Below are positions 25,429-38,670 of a DNA stretch of 39,674 nucleotides, in pieces. Both the position numbers and the translations under genes were made by a program. The notes under the pieces are model-generated. The model saw nothing but the letters and a program-made list of their open reading frames with translations. It was not told the DNA's origin and searched no databases. Every line of letters starts with the position of its first letter. The stretch's first letter is position 1. This DNA is from Conidiobolus incongruus B7586 (lineage: Eukaryota): NCBI GenBank assembly GCA_000697335.1, contig JNEM01007129.1:1-39674 (forward strand), written 5' to 3'.

Positions 25429-26001
25429 TTATAAGGGGTTGTTTTGAATAGAAGCGGGTTCAACTTCACTTTTAGGTGTTTCTGGTAAAGTAGACAAGGC
25501 AGGTTGTGATTTGAGAGCTTGTTGAGCAAGTTCGTATTGGATTCTTCTTTCGTTGAGAACAAATAAAATACGAGCCATATTTTTCTTACACTAAAATACA
25601 ATATGTTTTAGTTAGTCAATAACCAAATCGTTTGAACAAAATACATACTTTGATCACTCTACTCTTATTGCTGAAAGAAGTAGGCTGAATTCCATATCTC
25701 TTGGCTTCAGCTCTTTGGGTAGATAGTAGATTGCGTTCTTTTAAATTTAAATACCATAGTTTATGCAAATCTTCAAAGCTCTTCAATCTTAACTCAGCAG
25801 CTCTCCAAGCTCTACCTATAAACCAAAAAGATTACAATGTGGATTGGATTAAAAATAAATATACAATAAATTACCAGTTTGAGTATGTTCTTTAGGAAGG
25901 GCTAAGCCACGCTCGAAGAACTCTTCGAGACCACGTCTCAAAGGAGACTGACTTGATTTAGTGACAGACAAACAGGGAGTATATTTAGATAAAAAGTTCA
26001 T
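25429..26001 (-). CDS. MRPL47: Mitochondrial ribosomal protein uL29m (MRPL47 / yeast MrpL4), ~151 aa; exons 26001-25875, 25815-25649, 25590-25429
   Basis: Spliced [55 protein letters not shown]. Not called correctly in the ORF track. Confidence 0.93.
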
Positions 26002-27099
26002 GATGAAAAATATTGAATTTAGTTGAAAGTTTATAAATATCTATGTCCAAATTAACCAATGCAAAAGTGTGAGATAAATAAATGAGTAGTAGAAATATGG
26101 AAATTTATTTGTTTTGACTGGTATATAATCCTTATATTTCACTTTTCAACTAAAAATTAAATAAAAATCTCAATTCCCATTTTGTATTAGAAAACCTATC
26201 AAACAAATTTATAAAAAAAAGGTAAATTTACTTCAAGGTTATGGGATCGTTGTTAGTGAAATTTTCTATTAACAGGATTTTTATTCACCCTTCATATTTA
26301 CCTACTTGTTTTTTATTTAATTTTAATAAATAATAGATCAAACCATTTCAAAATATCTGATAAAGAGTTAATCAACCTACTGATAAAGTATTTAAGAATA
26401 CATACAAATCAATTTTGAAAGATATATTGTTAGTAATTCTTTTAGATTACATCATTCCTTCATCATCCAGCTTCATTCCATAAGCAATTAATTGTATAAA
26501 ATTAATAAGCATATCCATATTGAAAAATAAACTCATGAATATAACACAAAGAAGAATATTTTGTTTTGCCGAAAAATATCGGAAAATCAAATTGAATAAG
26601 TTAATTGAATGGATAGATATTTTAATAGATGAAGGTAGAATTAATAAAACTATTATCATTTATTACATAATCAGATTAAAATTTTTAGTTGGCGATCAAA
26701 ATGATTGATTACTGGTTATAAATAATTACAAACTCATATTTAATAATCAGAAAATTCGTAATTATGTTTAGATTAAGGATGTATTAAGTAATTTTACGAT
26801 ACATATTTGACTGTATAAATGTGTTAATTACTGAATGATTCATATCAAGTAAAATTTAGTTATATTAATGATAACAGGTTAAAATAATAATTGATTAATT
26901 TATTTTTTGTATAATTTTTAAAATTGCAACAAATTATTCAAAAATACATTCTTAATTATTTTGTAGTTAGTATTCATTGGTTTGATTGAAATATCATTTA
27001 ATAATGTAAATAGATTTATTAAAATAAGAGTACTTGGAATGAATGAAAATGAAATATGACAGCTTATTTGAATTCTAGTCAGATTTGTCTTTATTATGA

Positions 27100-28077
27100 T
27101 TATTCTTTTCGAGTTTGCTTAGGTAAAGCTTCCTTAATTGTTGATAATAGATTGTTCAGCAATCGAAAAGCAAATTGGCTTGGTGGTTCTGCCATTAATC
27201 TAGCTTGATTTGCTTTCCTCTTTCTAATATTTGTCCTTGAATTGGTGAGTTTTTTCATATTTTGTGAAAAATCGTTCGAGTCATTGTATATAGAATTGAA
27301 CATTGCGATATCATGGTAAGATTTTTTCAAAGCTATTAAATCCTGATTGAATATATTTAAATTACTATTTTGAACAGGAAAATTAGTATTGAGTATTGGT
27401 GTTCCCAGATTCGGCCATTTTGGAGCTTGTTGCTGAGTGGTGTTGAAATTATTATCCGATAAAGTAGTGGCAGCGATAATCTGACTAACATTAATAATCA
27501 AATTATCTATTTTTACAAAGTATGAGTTTGTATTTCAAACTGATTGCGAAGTGAACTACCTGTTCAAGCTGATTTATTTTTTTTCAACTTGTTCAATATT
27601 ATTTTGCTGGATAAACTTGGCCAAATATAAAGATAAGTTTTCTAACAAATGTTTAGGTTTGAATCAAAGTATTGGTATTTAATTTGATCTGATTCAATAT
27701 ATTAATATTTTATAATCAATCCAATATACCTTACAAGTATAAGTTATTTTGATTTAAGTTGTTCAATATTTTTGTGAAAGTGTCAATGATATTAAAATAA
27801 TCATCGTCTTAAATTGTTACAATTTTTTCTTAATAGTTTATCTAATTTGATGAATTTCACTGTAATAAAATCCATATCTGCTGCTTTTGAAAGCTCATTT
27901 TTATCAATATGACTTTCAGGATAATTAAAATCTTGACTATCGGGTGTTTAGCAAGCAAACTTAGAAGATTTTGCTTTATTCAAAAAAGAATGTATAATAT
28001 GAAAAAAATGACACTTTGTTCTCTTTGGTATCACCATTTTTAGGTTAAGTTGATGAACCTTGAACAAAATCGCTCAT
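27100..28077 (-). pseudogene. Probable pseudogene of an unknown multi-exon protein
   Basis: Coding-like segments (MSDFVQGSST*PKNGDTKENK; TPDSQDFNYPESHIDKNELSKAADMDF; 133-codon terminal ORF 27100-27501) separated by intron-like GT..AG stretches but interrupted by in-frame TAAs and frameshifts. Confidence 0.35.
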
Positions 28078-28501
28078 TTGAAATAGTTTAATAAATATTA
28101 TCTCATATTTTAAGATAATATATCTTGATTTATACTATTTACTCATTAGTGAATGCAAACAATTACAAACGATATTGATTCAAAACGAATTATACTATTA
28201 AGTTTGACTCTAGTAAAAAATTGTTCAAATATATAGAAATATATTCGTAATTACTATTATTATATTGGAGGTTTTATTGGTCAAATTTAAATATATCCCA
28301 TCAATATAATTCTTAACTACTAACTTAGATTGTTTGAAATTTAATAATGTATATTTAGATTATATTAGATTGGATCCTTACAATGTAAAATAATATCCCA
28401 TAATAAATTACAATATAAAAATCTTTATAACGGAATTGGGAGAATTGATAGTAGTAAAATATATTAGTTTCATTAATTTTTAATACTATCAATTATAAAT
28501 A

Positions 28502-29517
28502 ATGAAAAATATGGAAATCACTAATTCTACTAAACAAAATGGAAGAAGTAAAGACTTAAATCAAACACCAGGTTCCCCAAATATGTCATTTCAAGTGCGT
28601 ACATATCAACTAGAACAGTCTAATATCCAATCAATATCTAAAGATATTGAAAATAATATCAAAACAGTGAATAGGTATATCGAGAAACAAAGAAATAGAG
28701 TTTATTCAAAAACTCAGGATTGGCTACAACAGACAATTGAACTTAAAGGTATTAATTAGTATCATACTTCAAATTATATAGTTTTAATATTAAATTTATT
28801 TTAGATAATGGACGAAAAGCCAGAGAACAACTTGAAGAATATAAAGACCTTCAGAAAAAACTACTCAAAAGTATTCAATTTTTTTAATCAAATTATTTTA
28901 AAAATAATATTAAATATTAATCTTTTTAGCATTAAAAGAAAAGCAAAAGCAATCCTCAACCTTAGATTCTCAAATATTGGACTTGAAGAGATTACAAAAA
29001 GGGAAGAAAGAAACTCATAAAATTTTAAATGATTCAATTGATTCTTTAAGATTAAAAATTGCTAAAAAGAAAGATGGTATGAAAACTAATACTTAAAATT
29101 ATACAATTAGGAAATAACTAATGAATCTAATAGCTTTAAAATTAATGCAAGAGAGATACGATATTCAAAGAGGTTCTAATATGCCAGAGTTGAAAATTTT
29201 TGAAAATACATTAGGGTTTACTTTAGACAGTGATATTGATGGAAATTTAATTATGAACTTCACTAAAATTAATGAAACCAAGCCAAGTCAGGTGTATTCG
29301 CTAATATTGGATGTTTCTCAAAAGCAATACCAAGGTAATCACCACTAAACACGATGCAGTTTTGTGTTTTAATATGATTAAATTGTTTTTAGTTGTTAAT
29401 TGCAACCCCACAGTATCAAATTTAGATGCTTTGCTAGAAGAACTAAACACGAGCAGAGATTTATTCAATTTCATCAAGCAGCTACGTAAAAGTTTTTATG
29501 TTTCGACAAAGGTTTAA
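28502..29517 (+). CDS. SPC25: Kinetochore Ndc80-complex subunit Spc25, ~261 aa; exons 28502-28748, 28805-28870, 28930-29076, 29134-29334, 29393-29517
   Basis: N-terminal coiled coil followed by RWD pattern NMPELKIFENTLGF..LIMNFTKIN..YSLILDV..YQVVNCNP..LLEELNTSRDLFNFIKQLRKSF. Four GT-AG introns in frame. Confidence 0.85.
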
Positions 29518-30346
29518 TAGGTTTTCACCTCTTTGGATGGTTTTTTACTAACATTTCGTTCTATTTAATGGAATCATAGTATATATTTCATTAATATATT
29601 GTTTCATAATTATTTTAAATTATAATTTTTCATTTTTTATAATGATACTATAATATATGTAACATTCTATGAATGAAGTACCCCCTTAATTATATAATTG
29701 TTCAAATTAATCTAATTTAGTTTGAATGAGAAATTTAATTGTTTATATCAGGAATTTATTTCTCATATTTACTATTATCAATTCAAATAATATTCAAAAT
29801 AATATCATGATATCAATATTAATTCATTTTGGTTGAGATATATTGTTTCATATTGAATTATATTAAATGATTCATACAAATTCATTTAATTTCATCAAAT
29901 AATCAAGTTTAAAATCTTGTTTTTGAGAGATGACACAAACTTAGAATGCTATATATATATATATATTTAAAAATTCTCTACATATTTTTCCGTTTATTTC
30001 ATTAATCAATTTGATGTAACTTATTTAAATATTATTTAAGTTATAATGTTTTGAATATATTCCAAATAATTGTATATATTTTAATAGTTAATAACCATCA
30101 ATTTTAAAATATTAATTATGAATTTAACCTGTTAAACTCAAAATTATTATAAAGAATAAATATTTGTTCCAAGTAAATTCATTATTTTGTAAAAAAAAAG
30201 TTATAATATATTTCCCTTAATAAACAATAAATTTTTTATAAAATTTATTTAATACTATATTTTGAAATTTTATTTTAATATTTTTTAATAATATAAAATA
30301 AAATTTAAATCAATATTTATTAAAACCAAATTTCTAATAATCCAAT

Positions 30347-31065
30347 TTATAAACCAAACGAATAATTTAATTTAGAATTAAAACTGAGAGTATTCTTTTT
30401 TGGTACTTGACTTTTGTATAGTGTAAACTGTACCATATAAAGCAATAATTCACCATATTGGGCATCATAGTCATAAGTATGATTGTTATTAAATATATAT
30501 ATAATTTATAATAACTATCAACTATCAATTGATTCTTATTTTCAGGATTGCTGTTGAATTCTTTAAGGTCCCATTCATAGCTAAACTCATCAGCAGAAAT
30601 ATTTTGAGCGATGTAATAAAACATCTTTTGAAATACTTCTCATATTGCTAAAATATCCCAACCAGCCACTAAGATAACAGGTTTTACCTGGTACTTCCAT
30701 TTTAGCTTGACTTTACTTTCTAATGCGATTATAATTGGTGAATATTGAGTACTTGTGGGAGAAAAGATTGTAATACATCCAGGGCTATTGATAGCTAAAG
30801 GCGTCTTATCTATTGAAAATGTATTATTTCTAGCTATCACAGTATCTAGTCAATTTAATCAAGTTAATAAAATATAGTTTTAAGGTAACAGATTATATTA
30901 CATTCCAATATCAAAAATAAAGAATATCAATAGATAGTATTCGTGATGGTAGAGAACTTTAGGAATATATTTCACGTTTATATCATTGGGATATAAAATC
31001 TGTATAAACGTTGTGAATTGTATTATTATACTCAAAATTAGAATTAATTTGAATCTAGCATTCAT
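30347..31065 (-). pseudogene. Pseudogenised tandem paralog of the 33112-33804 secreted protein
   Basis: Aligns by eye: PGCITIFSP..IIIALESKVKLKWKYQVKP..ILAI*EV..YIAQNISADEFSYEWDLKEFNSNPENKNQLIVDSYYKLYI/FNNNHTY..YGELL..LYKSQ. TGA at 30640-30642 where the paralog has Arg; +2 frameshift in a TA run near 30493-30503. 5' boundary uncertain. Confidence 0.8.
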
Positions 31066-32116
31066 ATTACAGTTATAAATATTGATAAATCGGGACAAAT
31101 CTATGGTTAATTATATTAATATTACCTATGTAATACTTCTAGAATAAAAATTTCTTTAGATTTCAGATGATACATATTCAATTCTTCTTTGTAATATTTT
31201 CACTAATTTTGATTCTCTCATTTACTTTAGTTTGTTCAGATTGTTGAGTATTTAATATTTAAACTGTAACAGTTATTAAGATTATTAATCATCAATGTTA
31301 ATTATTTTGATTATTGAATAATTATTTATAATAATATAGATAGTAATGATTTATTATATTTTAGTTTTAATAATAATTTGATAAGTAAACCCTTGATATA
31401 AGGTACAATAAATTATTTTCTTATCATCAATCCATTGCATCGAATTCATTATAAGAATTATCGGCAATAAGTGATGAATCATCCAAAATTTGTCATTAAA
31501 TTGATTTTTATATTCTTTAACTGAATAAAATATTTGTATAATGGGTTTTATTTTAGATGTTGTTTTACAATTATGAGATTTGAGTATAAGTTAAATTAAA
31601 AGTAATAGTAAAGCCCTATCTATAAAATTACCTTAGTATAATCTATATTCATTCTAAATAGCTAACAACTTACTACCCATAGTTATCTTGCATAATAACT
31701 ATTACCACTAATTCAGAAATATTTCCATTATCATTAGTATTGCTAATATTTATGCGTTTGATCGAATTTTTACAAAATAATTTTGCAATAAATGATTTCA
31801 ACAGATCTAATATTAAATTAATTCTATTGGGTATGAGAGCATTTTGAAATTAGTTTCTAATTAATTATTTGATATTAATAAATATATTAAGAATTTGAAA
31901 CATATAATAATTATATTATAGATTTAATAAAAGTGTCATTCAATATTTATGACACTTGTTAATATAGTCGTTTTGCACTAAATTATGAATATCGTCACCT
32001 AAATGTCTAGATATTTATCATCTTTTGATTGGATAGTAAACCGTGATCTAGCATTTTAATTAAATAATGTAAAATCAAAAAATTTCAAAGATTTCAAAGA
32101 AATTTTGATAATATCT

Positions 32117-32166
32117 GGTGAAATATTAATTATGATTTGATATTTAGTCATAAAATCAATTTCACC
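32117..32166. repeat. Imperfect hairpin
   Basis: GGTGAAAT/ATTTCACC outer arms and TTATGATT/AGTCATAA inner arms. Confidence 0.4.
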
Positions 32167-33111
32167 TTATAAAAAATGATTTTTAGTGAAATAGTGATAG
32201 CCAAAATAAAACAAGAGATAATGAGCGATCCTATGAACTTAAAATACTCGTGGTATTAGAAAAGGCCATCAGCTTATAATTGATTGTTATTCAATATCTC
32301 TAATCATCAAGATAAATTTTGATATAGAGATTATAATTGAACTATTGTTTATTTTATATATTTATACCTTTAAATCATGGATTACACCATATTTTGATAT
32401 ACTTGTACACTTTATATATCAACATAAATCAAAGCAAATTGAATGATGCTAATTCTTAGTAATTTTCCAAGTATATACATTTTCTTAGTTAATATTCATT
32501 AGTGTATCTAGTAATTTGTTATATACATCACATATATTATGACATAAAATGAGTAAATATACTTTTAGAAATTAATATATTCTATGTTAGTTAACAAAAA
32601 TTATCTCTATTTCAGCAAATTAGATAATTTATGGCTTGAATTTTGAAATTTTAATTATAAAAGATTTTGTTCTCATATAATTTATCAATCTAATAATAAA
32701 TTATAATGTGATGTTAAAGTAATTTTCATATAATGAAATGGATAAAATATTAATATTAATTCTTCCAAATGTACCTATTTATATATTCCAAAATTTTTAA
32801 CAGATTAACACAACTTTGCTGTAGCAGAAATAGTATCATAAAATAAACTTTTTTCAATACAATTTGTGTATATAATCAGAAACATGCAATCACAGGATTT
32901 TTTTAAAAAAATTTTATGAAAACAAAAGATTAAATATTTGTTTTTATTATAAATAAGAGTATTTTATGATATATTACAATTAATTATAGAATATCTTATA
33001 TTGAAATCATTATCTTTAATTAATATTAATAGTATACTATTAGTGATAGTAATAAATTGTATAAATAAAATAAAAATGGAAAATTATAGTTAAATAATTA
33101 ATATTACTGTT

Positions 33112-33804
33112 TTAATTAATTAAATAGAGTAAGATTAGAATATTTAAAATAAATAAATTATGAGGATTAGATAATTTGGCCTGACTAAAATTATACTTTG
33201 TGGATGGAGTTTGACTCTTATACATGGCCATTTGAGTGGAATAGGGTATTAACTCACCGAATTTAGCAACAAATTTGTAATCATGATTGGAGTCGAAAAT
33301 GTACAATTTGTACTTGTTGTCAGGAATCAACTGGTTCTGATTATCGGGATTGTTATTATATTCTTCAGTATTCCAGGAGTATGAGAAGGTGGATGCTGAG
33401 AGATTGGTAGCGATGGGATAGATCACAGCGTGGGGTGCTTCTCTAATAGCAATAATGCTGAAGCCGCCGATTTCAACACTTGGCTTAACTACCCATTCCC
33501 ATTTAAACTCTACAGTAGCTCCAATTGCGATTGAAATTGGAGCATGCTCAGTACGCTGAGGTGTGACTAATTTGATACTTGCTTGTGATTTGGGTTTACC
33601 CTTGGGCTTTTCATCCTTATTTTTGTTATCCTTATTATCCTTATTATCCTTATTATCATTATTTTTTTCCTGAGGAATTGGAGTAGGACTTGGATCAGGT
33701 TTTGTTTCTGTTAAGGAAGGGGAAGAAGACTCCTTTTGAGAAATAACAGGGTTTAAAAATAATAGCAACCAGAGTTGAAATAAAAGTGACTTGATAGTGA
33801 GCAT
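33112..33804 (-). CDS. Secreted, probably GPI-anchored/membrane-tethered fungal protein, 230 aa (beta-sandwich-like domain, DUF7137-like by recollection)
   Basis: Intronless ORF with signal peptide, S/P-rich and (KDN)n linker, motif I.L.TP...IG..V.F.W...IA.N.S..Y.W.T...YKLYI.D...G.L.P...MY, and a hydrophobic C-terminus. Confidence 0.85.
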   Translation of the reverse strand: MLTIKSLLFQLWLLLFLNPVISQKESSSPSLTETKPDPSPTPIPQEKNNDNKDNKDNKDNKNKDEKPKGKPKSQASIKLVTPQRTEHAPISIAIGATVEFKWEWVVKPSVEIGGFSIIAIREAPHAVIYPIATNLSASTFSYSWNTEEYNNNPDNQNQLIPDNKYKLYIFDSNHDYKFVAKFGELIPYSTQMAMYKSQTPSTKYNFSQAKLSNPHNLFILNILILLYLIN

Positions 33805-34745
33805 TATTAAATTAAATTAAATTATAATACAATTATCTAATTTGATATGCTAATTATTACAACTAAGAGATAAAATGGTTAGGATTTTTTGAGAAAGCGG
33901 TTGATTTTATATTACAGACTCTCTTGGACCAATATCAACATTTTTGGAAAATTGATAAAATTGAAATCAACAATTGGATTTGTGCTGCGATTGTGTTTCG
34001 TATATTTGACCACTTTAATCAATTTGAAGGAATTATAAAAATAACCTAAGAATGAGAAATTTCATCATCATATAATATACATAATAAAAATAAATTAAAG
34101 TGATTTAATGAAAAATAATTCCAGTTTTTTGAAGTTAATTAAGTAAATATTAGTTATATAATATTCCAGTTTTGATTATAAACAATATTTTATAAAACAA
34201 ACACTCTTTTTTTATATTAAAATTATGGAATTTCAAACAAGTGGTATATTAAATTTGTAATTTAACACTTATAGCCAAGTAAAATGACCTAATGGTGTAA
34301 CCTAATATACACCCGATATTTTTGAAATGACCCAATGGACCTTAATAATATTTATTCAAACTTTAGATATCTTAATATATTTAGAATTTTATAGGTTATA
34401 AATAGATTTAGATCCAAAAACTAATCAATAATGTGATGTTTTCAATAATTATATTAAATAAAAATTTCTTAATGAATACAATATTAAATTTCAAGAATAT
34501 TATTAAATTTATGAATATGTATATCAAACCATTTCAAAAATATTAATCAATTGATGTTTTTTGTATTATAATTTTTCATTCATACAATCTATTCATGAAT
34601 TACATTAGGTTAATAAAATCAGCTAATTAATCCACCCTTATTTATTGATTTAGTATAATTTGATTAGTAATTAACTTTAAATCATATTTAAATCTAATAG
34701 AAAACTAAATTTAAAATAAGAATAATATTAATATTAATTTTAATC

Positions 34746-35408
34746 ATGTCAGATAATAATCATTTATCACCTTATAGAAATGTATCTCAAAGTAATTAAA
34801 ACTAATATTATTTTTAAATTAATATTAATATTAATAACGAATGAATAGATATGGGTGTATTCCCTTTACCTAATGGACCTCAAATGGCTTCAAGCCCCAA
34901 TAAGAGCGGGAAATTTCGAAATAAAGTAGCTTTGGAATCAGGTTACTCCCACCTGGACTGGATCAAATTAACTACTTCAGGTCAGGACTTAAGAGTAATA
35001 AAATTTATATATAGATTATTCAGTAATGATTTATTAACTTAATTTAGGGTGTACCTGAATTTCGATTAATTACACTTGAGGAGTTGAGTCAACATAAATC
35101 ACTTGACGATGCTTGGTGTGCTATAGATAATAAGGTGTATAATATTACCCATTATTTGAAATTTCATCCTGGAGGTATATCAATTTTTTTTATCAATTAT
35201 TGGTATATATTAATCTATTGATTAAATAGGTGTAAAACAAGTAATGCGAGGAGCTGGTAAGGATTGTACTGAATTGTTTTGTAAGTCTAAATCTCAATTA
35301 CTTTTTTAATTTCATACTGATTTAAATTGGATTTTAGATAAGACACATGCTTGGGTGAGTGTAGATAGTTTATTAAAGGAATGCTGTATTGGAATTTTAA
35401 AGCGATAG
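34746..35408 (+). CDS. IRC21: Irc21-like cytochrome b5 heme-binding protein, ~146 aa; exons 34746-34791, 34849-34994, 35048-35174, 35230-35280, 35338-35408
   Basis: FPLPNGPQ, RNKVALESGYSHLDWIKL..SGQDLRG, ITLEELSQH..DDAW..KVYNITHYLKFHPGG, AGKDCT.LF..THAWV (both heme His present). Confidence 0.88.
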
Positions 35409-35940
35409 GGATACTTTAAAATTGTTCAATTTTGTTTAAAATGAATTAAACTATATAATTAATGTAACAATATAATTTTAAAACTTATTATAAATTTGGA
35501 TTAGTTTTTATGGTAATAATAATTATGCATGCTAATTGCAATAATGGAATAGTCAGTCAATCTTTATTGCTTTAAATTAATGATTTGAATTAATTTAACA
35601 TAATTAATATTATTAAGAATAAAATAATTTGTAGTACATATAGAAGCAAAAATAATATTTCAGAATAGTTAATATTGATTGTTGATGTTAATATCAAGTA
35701 ATCTGATGATTTACTCAAGTATAGTGACATTAAAAATTGTAAAATAAACTAAATATTTAATAAAAATAATGTAATAAACTAAATCAATGATTTTAAACAT
35801 ACGAAGAAGATATTTTTAATCGAAGGAAGTAATAATCTTTACATATTAAACCAGGACTACTGAAAGGAAGAAGGGGTGTAAGTGCGAGATTTTAAAGGGA
35901 AGAATACGCTTTCGCGTGACATTTACAGGGCTAATACAAA

Positions 35941-36706
35941 TTACATAACCCTACAACAAGAGTTAGTTTTCTTGGCCGAGGTATAAAACATCTTAGATTG
36001 CGCAGATAATTGCTCGGAGCGACTCACTAAATTATCTAATTTTTCACCTCTTTCTAATACGGATTCTATGGTGCGGTGCTAAAATAAGATTTTAAATTAA
36101 TTATTGAATTTGATATAAAATGAAATGAATATTGAATCCTAGTTACCATAATGATTCTAGTTTCGTCAAGTTCCTTTTGAACTCTTAGAATAGGGTCAGC
36201 TTGTTGTGGATCTTGATATTTGTTTAAATAATCTTGTAAAGCTGGAAAGGTAACAGTTTGTTCCCATTGAGACTTTGGAATTTGTGAGATGAAGTCATCA
36301 CCAAGTTTATTTAATAAACAAAAGGCAACCCTGCTGGGATATTCTTGGTCTGTGACCATTACAGTAACAATGCCTTCGGGACGAGCGTGGACATGTCCAA
36401 ACATATCTATAGTGAAAAATGTTGGGATGTAAAAAATAATATTGATGAATTATTCAATTTACTCTCTTGTTCAACTGATTGGCGTTGCCCAGCTTGAGTA
36501 CGTTCAGCAACAGTAGTACCGAAGAAAGAAATAAATTCTTTTACACTGATTATTGAATAAATAAGAATTTAGGATATTCTTTAGTTATATTAATTTCATT
36601 ACCTTCCTCTCTCAAAGAATCGAAAACTAGACAAATCGGATTCAAAACATAATGTTTTGGCAGGTTTAGAAGAATTATTATAAATAGCCAAAGAGTAGAT
36701 TTTCAT
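35941..36706 (-). CDS. YKT6: Longin R-SNARE Ykt6, ~194 aa; exons 36706-36603, 36545-36463, 36406-36147, 36078-35941
   Basis: [82 protein letters not shown] (CCaaX prenylation signal). Confidence 0.97.
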
Positions 36707-37388
36707 TATTTATATATTTTTTAATATTATTATTTAATATTCTCAATAATGAAAAGGGTTGTTAATAAAAAAGCTATCAAGTTGAAAATAATTGGATTTA
36801 GTTAAATACTAGATAAACTTGTTAAATTGTCAAAAAATGATAGTTGTTTGCGAATTTTAAGGTCCCGATTAACCTAAATTAGCATATTTTTTTCATTTCT
36901 AAACCACTATTTTATTGACATTACGCTATTTTATTGAAATTATCCATTTCAGGAATTTCAACCTAAATTTCGCAATAACCTTGTAATCATATAAATTGTG
37001 ACTAATGAAATTTTTGGACATTTTTAATTAATTTAGCCTATGAAATCACTTAAATAAAAATGTAATTAAGCTTTCATTATGATCTAATTATGATAAAATT
37101 AATTCTAAAAAATATTGTGACTCCTCAGTATTGAATTTAATCAGCATTAATATACAATTATATCAATAATGCTTTTAAACATGATCCATAATATTGAAAT
37201 TAAAATAGTCACAATATAGGGATATTTAAATAAAATTAATATATTTGATTAAACGATGGTTAGTTAAATTTAAAATATATGAAAATGTTCATTTAAAATC
37301 TAAGTAACATAAACATTTATCAATTAATATATTTATTAATAATTAAATAATTAATAGAATACATTAAGTTAATAGTTATAATATATTA

Positions 37389-38362
37389 TTATTCAAGTAT
37401 GTTGAAATCTTCAGCTAAACCGTTAGGATGAGATATTTCAATAGCATCATTTCCAGTTGGCCCATGTAAAGATTTGACATAATTGATAACATATTCGTGA
37501 CAGATTTCTATCAGTTTCTAGAAAAAAGTATTAATTAAAATGTAATTAAAAAAAGCTTAAGTTATTTACTTCTAAATGATTTTCTAAATATTGGTCCATA
37601 AGGAATTGGATGGGTATATGTGATGGTAATGTATGCCTCTCCAATTTCAAACTATCGCCTTGTCTAGAGAAAAATAAATAGAAGGGCTTATAAAATTTAT
37701 CTATCGAATTGGTTAATGATTAATAGCGCCTATCTTTAATTAAATGGTTTACCTTGATAAAATGTCTCCAGTCGAATTCCCATTAAATGTGGTTCATCGG
37801 GTAAGGTAATAAAACTCTTCCCCAAGAATCGATACGCCTGTCTCATTGGCTCTAAATATTCCAGTTTCTGTTTCAACTGCCTCAAAATATTTTTCTATAT
37901 TTTATCACTATTAATATTATAATCAATAAGCATATTTTGTAATTTACCTGCTCTTCAGTAATGTTTTCAGGTAAAGAAAAAGTATATCTAATTAATGAAA
38001 TCCAATAAATAACAAACATAAAAAAATATCAGTGACAAAATACTTTGAATCTGGATTATATTCTGATTTTAAAGTTGCTAACAACTGTTCTCGCTTCTCT
38101 CTGAGTTGCTTAACTAATCTAACAATTAATATCATCAATTGTATAGCTATTTTTAGAGTACAAAATACCTTTTTCTCTATTCGTTTCAAGTTTAACTTTT
38201 AATTCTGAATATTGTTTTTGATAATCTAATAGTCTAAAATAATCGATTGTAATTAAAAACATAATAAATTAAATTTATTAAAATATAATACTTTTGAGAT
38301 TTATCAGTTAAATTATTAATTCTTTCCCATGATTTATTTAATAAATAATCGTTATTAATCAT
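37389..38362 (-). CDS. MCM21: Inner-kinetochore CENP-O/Mcm21/Mal2 homolog, ~215 aa; exons 38362-38292, 38233-38169, 38113-38044, 37987-37948, 37894-37753, 37700-37570, 37517-37389
   Basis: Coiled coil, then AYRFLGKSF..LMGIRLETFYQDKFYKPFYLFF..LKLERHTLPSHIPIQFLMDQYL..LIEICHEYV, matching the CENP-O RWD-N pattern (RHT.P.FIP.). Six GT-AG introns in frame. Confidence 0.78.
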
Positions 38363-38670
38363 TTTTATAAATTTGATTATTTTTTAATTTAAAATTTTAG
38401 TGTTGAATTTGATCAATCGAATGTACATATTTAATTTCATCTTTTAAAATTATGGGACAAAATTTCCAACCAATTACAACTCAAAATCACCAAAGAAAGA
38501 ACTGATTTAGTTGTTAATCTCTACGCTTGTTGGAAATCAAGATATCAAAAATTAATTCAAAATAATAAGATTGACTAGTGAATAAATTAAAGAAATATAT
38601 TTTAAATAACTTATGTTTAACAACTTCATATTAATACTCGTCTAGCCTTTATTAATGATAAAGCAAAAAT

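Noticed and set aside
26447..26708. Two short overlapping ORFs (possible membrane-protein fragment)
   Set aside because: No motifs, no supportable exon structure, AT-driven composition.
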